From contig NC_043020.1 in assembly GCF_006345805.1 (NCBI RefSeq), forward strand, positions 2,418,001-2,482,000: a DNA stretch of 64,000 nucleotides. The letters run 5' to 3'. Positions 1-13,809 of this stretch are shown here, one piece after another; positions within the stretch are counted from its first letter, which is position 1, and each line of letters opens with the position of its first letter. This stretch comes from Octopus sinensis (taxonomy: Eukaryota). The notes below the pieces were generated by a model that saw only the letters and a list, made by a program, of their open reading frames with translations, was not told the origin of the DNA and did no database searches. A program made the position numbers and the translations under genes.

Positions 1-445
1 ATGAGCTCAGTGCAAAGATTCAGTTTCACCTCCCGGTTGATGCTAATCCGCTTCATATACACCCATACCCCGTTCCACCAATGACCTTGAGAAAGGCATG
101 AATGATACACATTCACAGATTCATGGTCAGCCCTTGTTATCCCTTAGAAGTTAATGACCGACATTGCTCGTTAATTAAATGATCAATGAATGAGTTAAGC
201 TATTGTTCAATCCGTGAATGAAACAAGAATCTCATTCAATCAAACACTTAATTTCTTCAGATGTCCACTGATACTACATTCCCGTTTTCTGTCATTCCAG
301 CATTCTGTCATTCCGTTTGTTCTGCCAGTCTGCTACTCTGCTATTCGTTTGTTCCTGCATTCAGTTATTCTGCCATTCCTGCATTCAGTTGTTTCGGAAT
401 ATACGTACAAAGCGGACTTATCCAAAACTGTTCCACTTGGGAAAG

Positions 446-661
446 TTATATACATACATACGTATACAAAAACACACACACACATATATATATATACACA
501 TACATACATACACACACACATATATACACATACATACACACACACATATATACACATACATACACACAGAGACATATATACACATACATACACACAGAGA
601 CATATATACACATACATACACACATAGGCATATATACTCACACTCACTTAGAGACACACAC

Positions 662-696
<35 letters not shown>

Positions 697-737
697 CACA
701 CACATAAATATATACACATACTCACTCACTCACTCAG

Positions 738-768
<31 letters not shown>

Positions 769-1710
769 CACATATACACACTCACATAAATATATATATA
801 TATATACAAATATTTATATATGCATACACACACACACACACATGTTCATATGTATGTTTGTATGCATGCTTGCATGTAAGTCTGTAAATTGTCAAGGAAC
901 AAGAGGAGAGAGCGTCAAGGAAGGAGTGGATGAGGAGAGAGAAAGGAGAGAGAGTGTAAGAAGACGGAGAGACTATAAGCCAGAGAGAGAGAGAGAGAGA
1001 GAAGAAGGAGAAGAAGAAGGGAAGATAAAGAGTAAGGAGAGTGATTGAAAAAATACGGGAAAGAACAGCAGAAGACAGGAAGAAGAGAAGAAAGAGAAGG
1101 AAGAATGAGAGGAAGGGGAGAAGGAGAGATAGAAAGAAAGGAGAGGAAGGAAAATAGGAGGAGTAACATGGAGGGGAGAGAGAGGGAGAAATAGAAAGGT
1201 AGAGAGTGAGTCTGGGGAAAAGTAGGAAGAGGCAGAGGAAGATAGAGAGAGAGAGAGAGAGAGAGACAGATGGAAGGAAAGAGGAAGTGTGAGAAAGAGC
1301 ACGTGTATGTGTAGGTGTGTGCGAGTGTATTTATGAATGCGTGCATTCGTGTGTGTGTTGGGAGACAGAGAGACAGAGAGAGAAGAGGAGAGATAGGATC
1401 CTAAGAAGCAAGCAGATATACATACATATATATATATAAATATATACACATATATATATAAATATATACACATATATATACATATATATATATTTATACA
1501 TATATATATATACATATATATATTTATATATATACATATATATACATATATATATATATATATACAGAGAGAGAGAGAGAGAGGGAGAGATACATAGACA
1601 GACAGATAGATGGAAGAATAGAGTGAGAGAGATTGATGGATAGAGAGAGATAGATAGATAAAGAAAGAAGAGAAAATTTAGTAAAAGAGACAGAGAGAGA
1701 CAAAGTTAGC

Positions 1711-1745
<35 letters not shown>

Positions 1746-1985
1746 TGTCAGATGAAAGTGAAACAAGGAGAGACAGATTGCGTCTATGAGTGTAAAAGAA
1801 GAAGCATGAGAGTATGTGTGTATGCGTGCACGCGTGAGTACATGTGTGCATATACGTGTACGTGAGTGCGCGCGTGTGTGTGTGTGAGTGTGTGTGTTTG
1901 TGTGTGGGTGTGAATGACTGCTTGCGTGTGCATGTGTATGTGTATGTGTGTGCGTGTATGTGTGTGTGCGTGTGTGTGTGTGTGT
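446..1985. repeat. Compound microsatellite block: (CA/TA)n, GA-rich purine tract, (TA)n, (GA)n, (TG)n
   Basis: Visible directly; explains the H/T/Y/I-rich and S/L-rich pseudo-ORFs. Confidence 0.95.
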
Positions 1986-2017
1986 CAGAAGGAAAGCGCT
2001 AGCCGGAGAAGTTTACG

Positions 2018-2097
2018 ATGACTTCCAGTACGATACGCGTACGCTGCACATGTGGAGCCCCGCTATGTAATAGCAACAACTATGAGCCTATGACAAG
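2018..2097 (+). CDS. Putative first coding exon of an unidentified gene (MTSSTIRVRCTCGAPLCNSNNYEPMT + 2 nt, phase-2 intron follows)
   Basis: ATG at 2018 with A at -3 and an upstream in-frame TAG. It is the only frame open up to a consensus donor AAG|GTAAGT (2098-2103). Unique, CpG-rich sequence in an otherwise repeat-filled region. Possible acceptor (tgtcag) at 1983-1988. No homology recognised. Confidence 0.5.
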
Positions 2098-2124
2098 GTA
2101 AGTGGAAAAACAACCGACTGACAA

Positions 2125-2790
<666 letters not shown>

Positions 2791-3312
2791 TGTATGTGTA
2801 GGAGAGAATTAAAGGAAGCGGAGAGCAAGGATCCTTTAACACTCCTTGTGTCTTTTCTAAAGTCTGTTCACAACAATACACACACAAAACCCAAAAAAAA
2901 AAGAGAGACAGCCTTCTCCTGAGAGACTAGGGGCTAATTCATCATTTCATTTATGTTGACGCTGTTGTTGTTGTTGTTGATGTGATATTTCTATTTCTTC
3001 TTTATAACTTATTTCCAAAAAAAAAGTTTTAAAAAAAATCAAAATTTAAAAAAAAAAAGTGAAATAATGAACAATTAAACACAATGAAAATATGAAAAGA
3101 ACAGGAATTTTATAAGGGGTGGGAGATATATATGGGACAGTGGGTGGGGGTGGGTAGCTATACTGCTTCATGTTCGTGCCGTCCCATCTATCGTGGTCCC
3201 TTTTTATCGATAATTCTTACAGAAGGAACCCAAAATTATTCCAACAGCAACATGTCAGATGGATGGGTGGGTGGTCAAAAATGCTGTCAATTCTTCAGGG
3301 ATTTATATATAA

Positions 3313-3372
<60 letters not shown>

Positions 3373-3484
3373 ATACAGACAGACAGATAGAGGCATGCAC
3401 ACACACTATTACTATGAATAAAATTCCATAAAAATATTCTTTTTCGTGGAGCATTTCTAACCTATAGCTTTCTATATATATATT

Positions 3485-3519
<35 letters not shown>

Positions 3520-3723
3520 GATGATGATGATACACATGTATGTAGAAAAATATATATATATATAAATGTATACTTGCATGTAAGTAGAAATATATATATA
3601 AATGTATATAAATGTATGTATGCTTGCATGTATGTATGTATATGTGTGTATATATATACTTTTATGTAGAAATATATATATAAATGTATATACATGTATG
3701 CTTGCATGTATGTATGTATATGA

Positions 3724-3766
<43 letters not shown>

Positions 3767-6132
3767 TACACACAAACATACTTACACACACACACAGGCA
3801 TATAAAGTTATGAATATTTCTGAAATATGAAAAGAAAAATGTTATTTCGGTAGAAAAAGTTTACAAGAAGTGTTTCCTGAGATTGAACCCAAAGCTATAA
3901 GTTTATAACGTGACTGAGGTGCACAGGATACGAAACCAAGTGTCACGTATTAAAATATGTATACATGCTTATATTCACCCGTATATACCTACACTGATAC
4001 ATACACACACACGGATACACACACATACATACATATATACATATACACACACACACATGGACACATAGAGATATACGTGCAAAGTAAAAGTCTTCTCTTC
4101 ATTAGAAACTCCCTTAATGATTCTAAACCAAAATCAAGAAAGAAAAAGATAGAAAATCACACAAAAAATTCAGAGAATCATGCAAAATGGAAATTTTCAT
4201 ATTTTCCTTTCAAATTTGGATTCGTTAAGAAAGAAAATAATAAACAAAAATAAAATGAAGTGAAATGAAAACACAGAGATTTGTTTGATAATGGCATCAA
4301 AACTTTGCTACATATTATCTAAGAGATAATACCTTCTCTTTAAACTAAGAAAACAAAATATATAAAGATAAGAATATATGCTAATTTTTTTTCAATTTTA
4401 CAGGGTATATATTTCATGCTATAGAATTGTTCTTAATATGAAAAAGATGTGTGTGTGGAGGAGAGCAAGCAGAATGTGATATATATGTGATTGTAGTTTG
4501 ATTGCCAAGTTTTAAGTGAGCAACGTTTGCTTTCAATCAAATGTATTTCTTAAAAAGATATACAGAAAATGGTAAAAGACGGACGGTAAAAGAAATATTT
4601 AATGAATAACTCACAGTGAAGATTAATCCGTGTATGGTCTTTCTACCTTTTTTTTTTCTGTTATGTTCTCTTCTTCAAGTTTGTTTGTTCTACAATAAAT
4701 GAAAGGAAAAATGGAAAAAAAACATTGCAAATGAATTGTGATTGATTTGATTGATGGATACACAAATGGAGATATGAGTTGTTGACTGATGGATAGGTAT
4801 ATCAATGAATTATGACTGACGAAGGACTGCATGGAAATATGGAGGGTTAAAAAAGTTTACTCAATTTGGCCTTATTCAAGATGAAACAAGAAAATGGTGC
4901 TAATCTATAAATCAAAATAAAACTAAGGAAATAAATCTTTCTTTTCAATTTATCTTTGATTTTTAAACTATTTCTTTCTTCAAACATAATGAAGAAACAT
5001 TTGAAATACATATCATGATCATATACGCCTAATGGGGAAAGACTGTTGCAGAAAGATAAACTCAAATTTAATGAGAAAAACAAAACATTTAAGAAATATA
5101 TTTCAACAAAATCTTTCTGCCAAGTTAGTTTGAATATTTTTCCTTCAAAACTTAACTATATGAGCTGTTCAAAAGAAAAGAAAATAAAAGCTCTCCTCAC
5201 CCACTAAAGAAAGAAGGAAGGCAAACTTCACAATTAAAGATAAAAAGATGGCTAAGTATTATTTTCATTTCAATCAAGACTACTTTTAATAAAAACACAA
5301 AAACAATTAGATTAAAAATAAAAATGAATAAAAAAAAATGAATGGAATCTCACCATTAAATTAATATGAATCTATTTCAATCAAGCTTATTCTTAAAAAT
5401 ATTACAACAATAGGGAAAAATGTAGAAAAAGAAAAATAATGTGAACAAAAAACAACATGAAAAATATCAGCTCTCCACACATTTACACATGTTCAATAGA
5501 AGAGTTTCTCAGATAAGGTGTCGGTGGGGTGGTTGACTGACAAAGGAGAGGCTCAGACTATAATTGTTACTGCTTTATTAATTCGTTGCGACTTCATTTC
5601 GTTAGATAGTTTATTGTTATTCCCAATTCCCTATCACAAAACATAATTAAATGTCTTCAAAATAACACGTGTGTATCAGTGTGTCTTTGTATGTGTGTAT
5701 GCGTCTGTTTGTGTGCATGTGTATGGGAGACTATTAGACAGAGAGAGTGTACATGTGTATCAGTATATGCATGTATAATAACATGTATATATATGTGTGT
5801 GTATATACATATATATATATGTGTGTGTGTGTGTATATATATATGCATCTCTATATATAAATCATATCAATACCCTTGTATATTTTTCCTCTTCTATCTT
5901 TAACTTTCTACACACACACACACACACACACACATATATTTCTATATAAGTATTTGTATGAATACATACACACATACTTATGGATAGATAGATAGACAGA
6001 CAGAAATATCTATACATCTACACACAAGTGTGTCTATATAATATATATTATATATATAAAATATATACAACATATGCACAGACATAATTCTTTGTGTGCA
6101 TGTGTGTGTGTATATATGTATATATATATATA

Positions 6133-6173
<41 letters not shown>

Positions 6174-6203
6174 TGTAGGTATGTACATATATATGTATGT
6201 GTA

Positions 6204-6261
<58 letters not shown>

Positions 6262-7183
6262 CACATATAGTCATTTACTACAACAAAAGAATATGTAATG
6301 ACTATTATTTATAACTTATATATATATATATATATACACACTCACACATTTATATGGACACTTGTATTTATATACATTTACATTTTTAAAAGCACACGTC
6401 TGTTTACATATACATGAATGTATGTATGTATGTATATATGTGTATGTGTGTGTGTATGTATGTATGTACATGTGTATGTATATATTCATAAATAGGTAAA
6501 TGTGCTATACATGGATATATGCACGTGTGTATATCAGTGTGCAAATGTTTTTCCTGGTATGTGCATGTGAACCTATGTGTGCGTGTGTGTATGTGCATGT
6601 ATATATATGGTGACAGACAGATAGATGTGTTTGCACATAGCTGCAATGTGTGTGTACATATATATATTTCAATGTTCATCTTCACACACACACACACCAC
6701 ACAGAGTGCTGGTTGCTTGCTTATAGTTGTCCATCAAATTCAGTAATAACCATCATCTTCTTCAACTGGGGATTCTTTGATGACTAGTTGCTAAAGAGCA
6801 GCACACACACACACAACATATATACATATATATATATATGCATACATATATATACATCTATATATATCTATAAATACATACATATATATATATATGTATA
6901 TATTCATACATACACACAGGTAGGCAGATTGACTGGTTGATTGATATAGACAGACAGACAGACAGATAGATATTTATATAATTAAATATATACATACGTA
7001 TGTATATCATGTACATGTCTGTGTGTGTGTGAGTGTTTGTGTGTGTGTGGATGTATATATGTATTTATAATGAGAAGATGGATGGATGGATGGATGGGTA
7101 GACAGACAGACAGACAGGCAGGCAGATAGCTAGAGAGACACAGATAAATACACAGACAGGGGCAAATAAAGATACAAACAGGT

Positions 7184-7240
<57 letters not shown>

Positions 7241-7714
7241 TAGAATATGACTACTGACACACACACACACACACTATACACTGTGTTGTCTTCATAGTGC
7301 TGCCCCAAATGAGACACTTGTGGTTGCTGGTATCTAACACTCTGCCGTATATCACTGCTTCCAAAGATCAGCAGCATTGGCCTGGATTGCGGTGGTAATA
7401 TAGCTTACCATCAACATCGCTACAAAGGTTCAATTCCTATCAGTGTATATTGTTATTTTTTTTTTATTTTATGTTTATCTTTTATTACGTTTTATTTTAC
7501 ATATACTACTCGAATCATTGTGTCTCTCCATACATTGTCAATATATACATGTGTGTATGTATTTGTATATATGTGTGTGTGTGTGTGAGAAAAATATAGG
7601 TTCAAGAAGAATAATTCAAATTTCTTGAGGAGTCCAAAAAGAGAGAAAATAATTTCTAATAAAAATTCATCATATTCAGAAATATCCTGCTAGGGCAAGC
7701 AACAAGATCATCAT

Positions 7715-7990
7715 CACCACCACCACCACCACCACTACCACCACCACCACTCCCACCACCACCACTACCACCACCCACCACTACCACCACCACCACTACC
7801 ACCACTACCACTACCACCACTACCACCACCACCACTACCACCACCACCCACCACTACACACCACACCACCACCACCACCACCACCACCACTACCACCACC
7901 ACCACTACCACCACTACCACTACCACCACTACCACCACCACCACCACTACCACCACCACCACCCACCACTACCACCACCACCATCATCAT
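7715..7990. repeat. (CCA/CTA)n trinucleotide repeat
   Basis: Visible directly; source of the poly-Val and Gly/Ser pseudo-ORFs. Confidence 0.95.
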
Positions 7991-8069
7991 AATTTTTCTG
8001 ACATATTTGTATATATACATATGTCAATTTAAATCACAATATATGGATTCAAGGAAGCTCCTTAATGTA

Positions 8070-8437
8070 TCATTCTACAAAGCATAGAGAATGTACCGGA
8101 GTCGGAGACCCCCTTCGGTCACGAATGACCATGGGATTGCTCCTAGAAAGTTACCCTCCCAAGCACAAGTCCAGGCAAGGTTGTTTATGGAAGATCAGCA
8201 GTCCCCCATGCATACCGGCCTCCCTTCTCCACGCCACCGATGTTATCCAAAGGCAAAGGGGCCGATACAGCTTGGCACCAGTGACGTTGCAAATCATTTC
8301 TGCAGCTGAGTGAACTGAAGCAATGTGAAATAAAGTGTCTTGCTCAAGAACACAACACGCAGCCCGGTCCAGGATTCGAACGCACAGCCTCACGGTCATA
8401 AAATCGATGCTCTAACCACTGAGCCATGTGCCTTCAC
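8070..8437 (-). mobile_element. tRNA-derived SINE, family C (near full length)
   Basis: Minus-strand head gtgaaggcacaTGGCTCAGTGGttagag (A box) with a GTTCGAATCC B box. The body is also present on the + strand at about 22775-22985. Confidence 0.8.
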
Positions 8438-9295
8438 AGAATGTATACACACATACATAAAAACAAACAAATAACTTATTGTCCCTCACGAGATTATTCT
8501 AATGTCTACATCTTGACTTCTTTATCCACTTTTGTGCTTATATTTTTTTTCCATTTCACTTTGAATTCACTTTTTTCCACAATGAGAGGAATCATACTCC
8601 AAACGAAGACTGAAATTAGAATTATTTTCTTACTTTCTTACAATTTTGCTAAATATTCTCAAGATTGGATGATTGAGTTTCAAGTGTCAAGAAAGCAGAT
8701 TTCTCAAGAAACGAAAATTAGTAAATTAAATTAAATTCAAAACAAGAAGGGGTTCAACAGATACTCAGAAACAATTTAATGTACATGAGGTAAACAATTG
8801 AACAACTGAAAGCAATAAAGTAAAAAACCAGAGCTTGTGTAATTGGTGAATCATCAAGAACTTCAAAACACATATCATACATAATGTAGCAAACATTGCA
8901 GGAACACAAAGGGAAAAGCCCCGTTATTTTGGATAGAAGATGAGAGCTAATTTTACTGTCATGCCTAAGTGGAATCTTAATCATCATGTGTGTGTGTGCA
9001 TACACACACATGAAAAAGACCTATTGGCTTCAGAAAAGAGCAAGATGAGATAGAAAGTGAACTAGAAAAAGAAAACAAGTTTTTACCTTATCTGCCTATA
9101 TAAAAGAGGAAAAAAACTTGCAAATTTTGGCTTTGGTAAGGATTCAATGGCACTAGATGTGCTAGGATCGAGCTGAAAATTTACACACCTATAGAAGGTG
9201 TGGTGTAGTTACGGCCAGAGTAGGTTTCAAGTCTCTATCTCGATAACAAACGCCCAAAATAATGCATTTTCTGCGAGTGAGTAGATGTTAGGGTT

Positions 9296-9695
9296 ATTTA
9301 TATATATATATATAAAGCTGAAGTTGTCTGTGTGTGGCAGATTTGATAGCCTTCAACAAACACTATCTCCTCCGAGACCCTGCAGTGCAAGTTGACCAAA
9401 ATTGACAGTATGATAGAAGAAGGCTTGCTCTTCATTTTGTAGAAGAAAAAATTCAAATCGGACCATGTTAACACCAAAAATTATTTACATCAAAAAGGTG
9501 CTTTTTTTTCTATGAAAATCCCTATATTTTTACGATTTTTTTTACTGCTGTGTCGCCATTTTTCCCTGTATTTCAACCAGAAAAATGTTCACTTAAAGAG
9601 AATAACAAGCTACATAATGCAAAATTTTTAATTTTCAAAAATTCCAATTCTAAAGGGTCGAAACAAACCCGAGCAACGCCGGGCGATACTGCTAG
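9296..9695 (+). mobile_element. Non-autonomous Helitron
   Basis: 3' end CCCGagcaacgcCGGG hairpin (9668-9683) followed by CTAG|T (9692-9696). The 5' end tatatataaa is blurred by (TA)n. The 3' terminus is shared with the copy at 61447-61750. Confidence 0.75.
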
Positions 9696-10292
9696 TAGTC
9701 CTATATTTTGGAAGATGACAGGCACAGACTGGTGTTGCTATAGCAACCATTTTGCTTCCTGAGCAACAATTTTTTTTTTTCCATCTTTGCTTGATCACAT
9801 GTTCTAAAGAAGGGGTTTACAACCCCAAAATTTAGAAACATCATGTGAAAATCCAACTTTTTTTGTTTTCTATTTGTAGTTTATATCTTATCTCTTGTTG
9901 TTCTGGCCTTATCCAACAAGTATCTTTATTGTAATATCACACACATTCACACATACGCACATAATATATATACATACATACATACATCTATATATATAAC
10001 ATATATATATACACACACACATATGAATCAAAGTGGATAATATTATATATCTATTACGGACAATCTTAGCAAACGGTTTCACACTAGGGGTTTAACAGGA
10101 TATTAGGTAATAACCTGGCTATGTAACCCTGTGCTCTTCAGAGTTGCAGTTATGGAAGAATATATAGTGACTATCCCTAGTGCGAAACTGACTGCTAAGA
10201 TCAGTCGTAATGGATATATAATTCTGTGTACTTCAATGAATATACCCACTCTACTGACAAATATAAAAGTGCATATTTTTCCTGATTTATTG

Positions 10293-10341
<49 letters not shown>

Positions 10342-10401
10342 TCTTTACTTGTTTCAGCCTTAATCCACAAATAAAGTTTATATATATATACATACACACA
10401 C

Positions 10402-10540
10402 AGGCACAAGCATAGCTATGTGGTAAGAAGCTTGCTTCTCAACCACATGGTTCCGAGTTCAGTATCACTGTGTGACACCTTATAGCCTCAGGCTGACCAA
10501 AGCCTTGTGAGTGGATTTGGTTGATGAAAACTGAAAGAAC

Positions 10541-10574
<34 letters not shown>

Positions 10575-10762
10575 TCCCCTCACCATCACTTAACAACCAA
10601 TGTTGGTGTGTTTATGTCCCTGTAACTTAGCAGCTAAGCAAAAGAGACCAATAGAATAAGTACCAAGCTTATAAAGAATAAGTCCTGGGGTCAACTTGTT
10701 CAACTAAAGGCAGTGCTCCAGCATGGCCACAGTCAAATGACCAAAACAAATAAAAGAATAAA
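10402..10762 (+). mobile_element. tRNA-derived SINE, family A (CORE-like body, internal microsatellite)
   Basis: Head aggcacaagcatagctatgtggtaagaagcttgc, body gccttgtgagtggatttgg, internal (TG)n, tail ccagcatggccacagtcaaatgac. About 18 full or partial copies occur in the window. Confidence 0.8.
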
Positions 10763-10844
10763 GACACACACACACACACACATATGCTTACATACAGAAA
10801 TGGGGTGTAAAAAAAATTCAAATTCTTCTCTCCGTAACAACGTT

Positions 10845-11510
10845 AGGCAAAAAGCAAAACTCATCATGTCTTTATTCTACTACATTAAATGTATGCTGGT
10901 GCTTCAGTTACGGCATGTGAATTTAATGGTGTTATGTGAAGTAGGATCATGGATAATATTCCTCTATTTGTTACATAAAAGATTGCACATGATGGACTGC
11001 TTGTTTGCATGCATGTTACATTTGGAGTGTGCATTTCTGTGTTTGTCTTTAATGACTGAACTAACTTTCAGAAACAAATTTTATTTTACCTCAGTGTGTA
11101 AAATGGCAATGACAAATTTATATACATAAGTGTATTGCACCTGAGCACTGCATACATAATAGTAAAAGACACATGCACTTTTGACTAAACATGCATACGT
11201 ATGTGTGCATTTCAATATATTTACATGCACACAGGAGTGGTGGGGGGGAAGAAACTCACACAATACAAATTTAATATACCCCTTTAAACTTGAGAATCCA
11301 CCCCCATCACTGTGCAAAATTTATTATCGTGTGCAATCTTTCACGTAACAAACAGAAGAACACGATGCAGTTAATGGTTAAAGTCTGTTTCTTACCATCA
11401 ATGAATCTACTTCGCATAACACTATTAAATTCACAAGCCATAACTTAAGTACCGAGAATACATTTAAGATAGTCACATAAAGAAACAGTGAACTGTGCTT
11501 TTTGTGAAGT
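10845..11510. repeat. Degenerate long inverted repeat (two diverged copies of a probable DNA element)
   Basis: 10917-10944 matches the reverse complement of 11407-11434 at 26/28. Similarity extends over about 150 bp arms. Confidence 0.65.
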
Positions 11511-11735
11511 TTCATTACAGAGTGAAGGGTGTGTGCGTTCGTGTTACTCGCTGTATGCGTGTTTGCTTTTAATAACTCAACATATTTTTTGGTGAGAAAC
11601 ATTTTATTTTACGTTAAGAGTGCAAAATTGTAATAATGAATCTGTGCTTGTGTTTATGGGCAGGTTTCCGTTTCAATAAATGTAACAAATATATTGTGTG
11701 CGTATCTATCATGTTGTATGTGTGTACATATACAT

Positions 11736-11779
<44 letters not shown>

Positions 11780-11904
11780 GTATCTGTGTTCTGTGTATAT
11801 ATGTATATATACATACACATATATAGGCATGTATATGTGTGTGTGTGGTTATATATAGTATATAGATATATATATATATATATAATATATATATCTGTAT
11901 ATCT

Positions 11905-12124
11905 TTTACTCTTTTACTCTTTTACTTGTTTCAGTCATTTGACTGCGGCCATGCTGGAGCAACCGCCTTTAATCAAGCAACTCGACCCCGGGACTTATTC
12001 TTTGAAGCCCAGTACTTATTCTATCGGTCTCTTTTGCCGAACGCTAAGTTACGGGGACGTAATCACACCAGCATCGGTTGTCAAGCAATGCGAGGGGAAA
12101 AAAACAGACACACAAACACAAACA

Positions 12125-12182
<58 letters not shown>

Positions 12183-12235
12183 TACAACGGGCTTCTTTCA
12201 GTTTCTGTCTACCAAATCCACTCACAAGGGCTGTG
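11905..12235 (-). mobile_element. SINE family A, 5'-truncated
   Basis: Tail and body match 39386-39788. Confidence 0.85.
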
Positions 12236-12309
12236 GATGTGTGTGTGAATATATATATATGCATATATATGTATGTGTATGTATGTATATATACATATGT
12301 CATCAAAAT

Positions 12310-12510
12310 AATCATCATCGTTTAACATCCGATTTCTATGCTGGCATGGGTTGGACGATTTGACTGAGGTCTGGAGAGCCAGGAAGCTGCACCAAGCTCC
12401 AATCTTATCTGGCAATGTTTCTACAGCTGGGTGCCCTTCCTAACGCCAACCACTCCGAGAGCACAGTGGGTGCTTTTTATGTGCCACAGGCACAGGAGTC
12501 AGTCGTGCGG
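12310..12510 (-). mobile_element. RTE-type 3' tail fragment
   Basis: Matches the 3' UTR attached to the RTE coding fragment at 46200-47390. Similar fragments lie at about 13925-14125, 14740-14870, 18020-18205, 25800-25985, 44720-44975, 48470-48650, 54595-54840, 62975-63120 and 63340-63625. Confidence 0.7.
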
Positions 12511-12923
12511 ACATGGCATCAATCACATTCGGATATGTGTATGTATGTATATACATATATATGTGTGTGTGTGTGTGTATATGTATAAATGTATGCATGT
12601 ATGTGTGGTGTATATAGATATATATATATGTATATGTGTGTATATATATATATATTATATATGTACATATATATATATATATACACACATACATATATAT
12701 ATGTATATATATATATATATGTACATATATATATATGCATGCGTGTATATATAAATGTGTGTATACATATATATAAATATTTATTTGTGTGTATGTATAT
12801 ATATATATTTATGTATATACATATATATATATACATAAGTATATAAAAGTATACATATGTATATATATATGTGTGTGTGTATATGTATTTGTGTGTATGT
12901 GTGTGTATGCATATGTATTTGTG

Positions 12924-12958
<35 letters not shown>

Positions 12959-13330
12959 TTTACTCCCATAATCAGTTCACCCACGCAGTTGCGGACATAT
13001 ACACATATATGTATGTATGTATATGCGCGTGTAGAAGTAATTGCTGGTTTATATGTCTATATGAGTCCTACCAACTCAACTTAATCTATTCTGATAATAT
13101 CTTTGTATGCACACCTAGACACACACAGGTGTATAAGTAGAATCATAAATAAGTTTGTTGTTGAAATATTTTGACAGCCTCATAATGATAAGGCCTCTTA
13201 TTCCGTTAGCTGTTAATGGCACCACCACGCTGCCTTATGCTCCTTATATCTGTGGACACATAACCACACACATAAATACACACACACACACACTCACATG
13301 TATGTGTGTGTGTAAGTGTGTGCATATATA

Positions 13331-13386
<56 letters not shown>

Positions 13387-13507
13387 ATATATATATGTAT
13401 GAGTATATATATCTGTATGTGTATGTATATACAGCCACACACATGATTACACTTGAATATATATATATATATATATATACATACATATACATATATATCT
13501 ATATACA

Positions 13508-13703
13508 TAGGGAGAGTTTACGAGAAAAACAAAAGACGAAGACAGGTGGTGTATAAAACAAACAGATGTATTAGTATAGCGCTCAGGAATAGAAAAAGCC
13601 TTTTATGTTTCGAGCTTACGCTCTTCTACAGAAAGGAACACAGAAAGAAACAAGGAGAGAAAAAAATGTGTGTAGTGGCTAACGATCTATCATGGCAAAT
13701 GAT
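13508..13703 (-). mobile_element. Short dispersed repeat F2 with variant minimal-hammerhead motif (probably Penelope pLTR-derived)
   Basis: Homologous copies at 52915-53095 (-), 62100-62275 (+) and a partial at 39055-39110 (+). All are bounded by (TA)n. Confidence 0.65.
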
Positions 13704-13739
13704 ATATATATATACACACACACACACATACACACACAC

Positions 13740-13809
<70 letters not shown>

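Noticed and set aside
7372-7446. tRNA-like segment with GGTTCAATTCC
   Set aside because: No convincing cloverleaf or anticodon arm; more likely a decayed SINE head. tRNAscan-SE would settle it.
8820-8940. CVIGESSRTSKH resembling a GIY-YIG motif
   Set aside because: A single short motif amid stops with no other PLE motifs in order; insufficient support.
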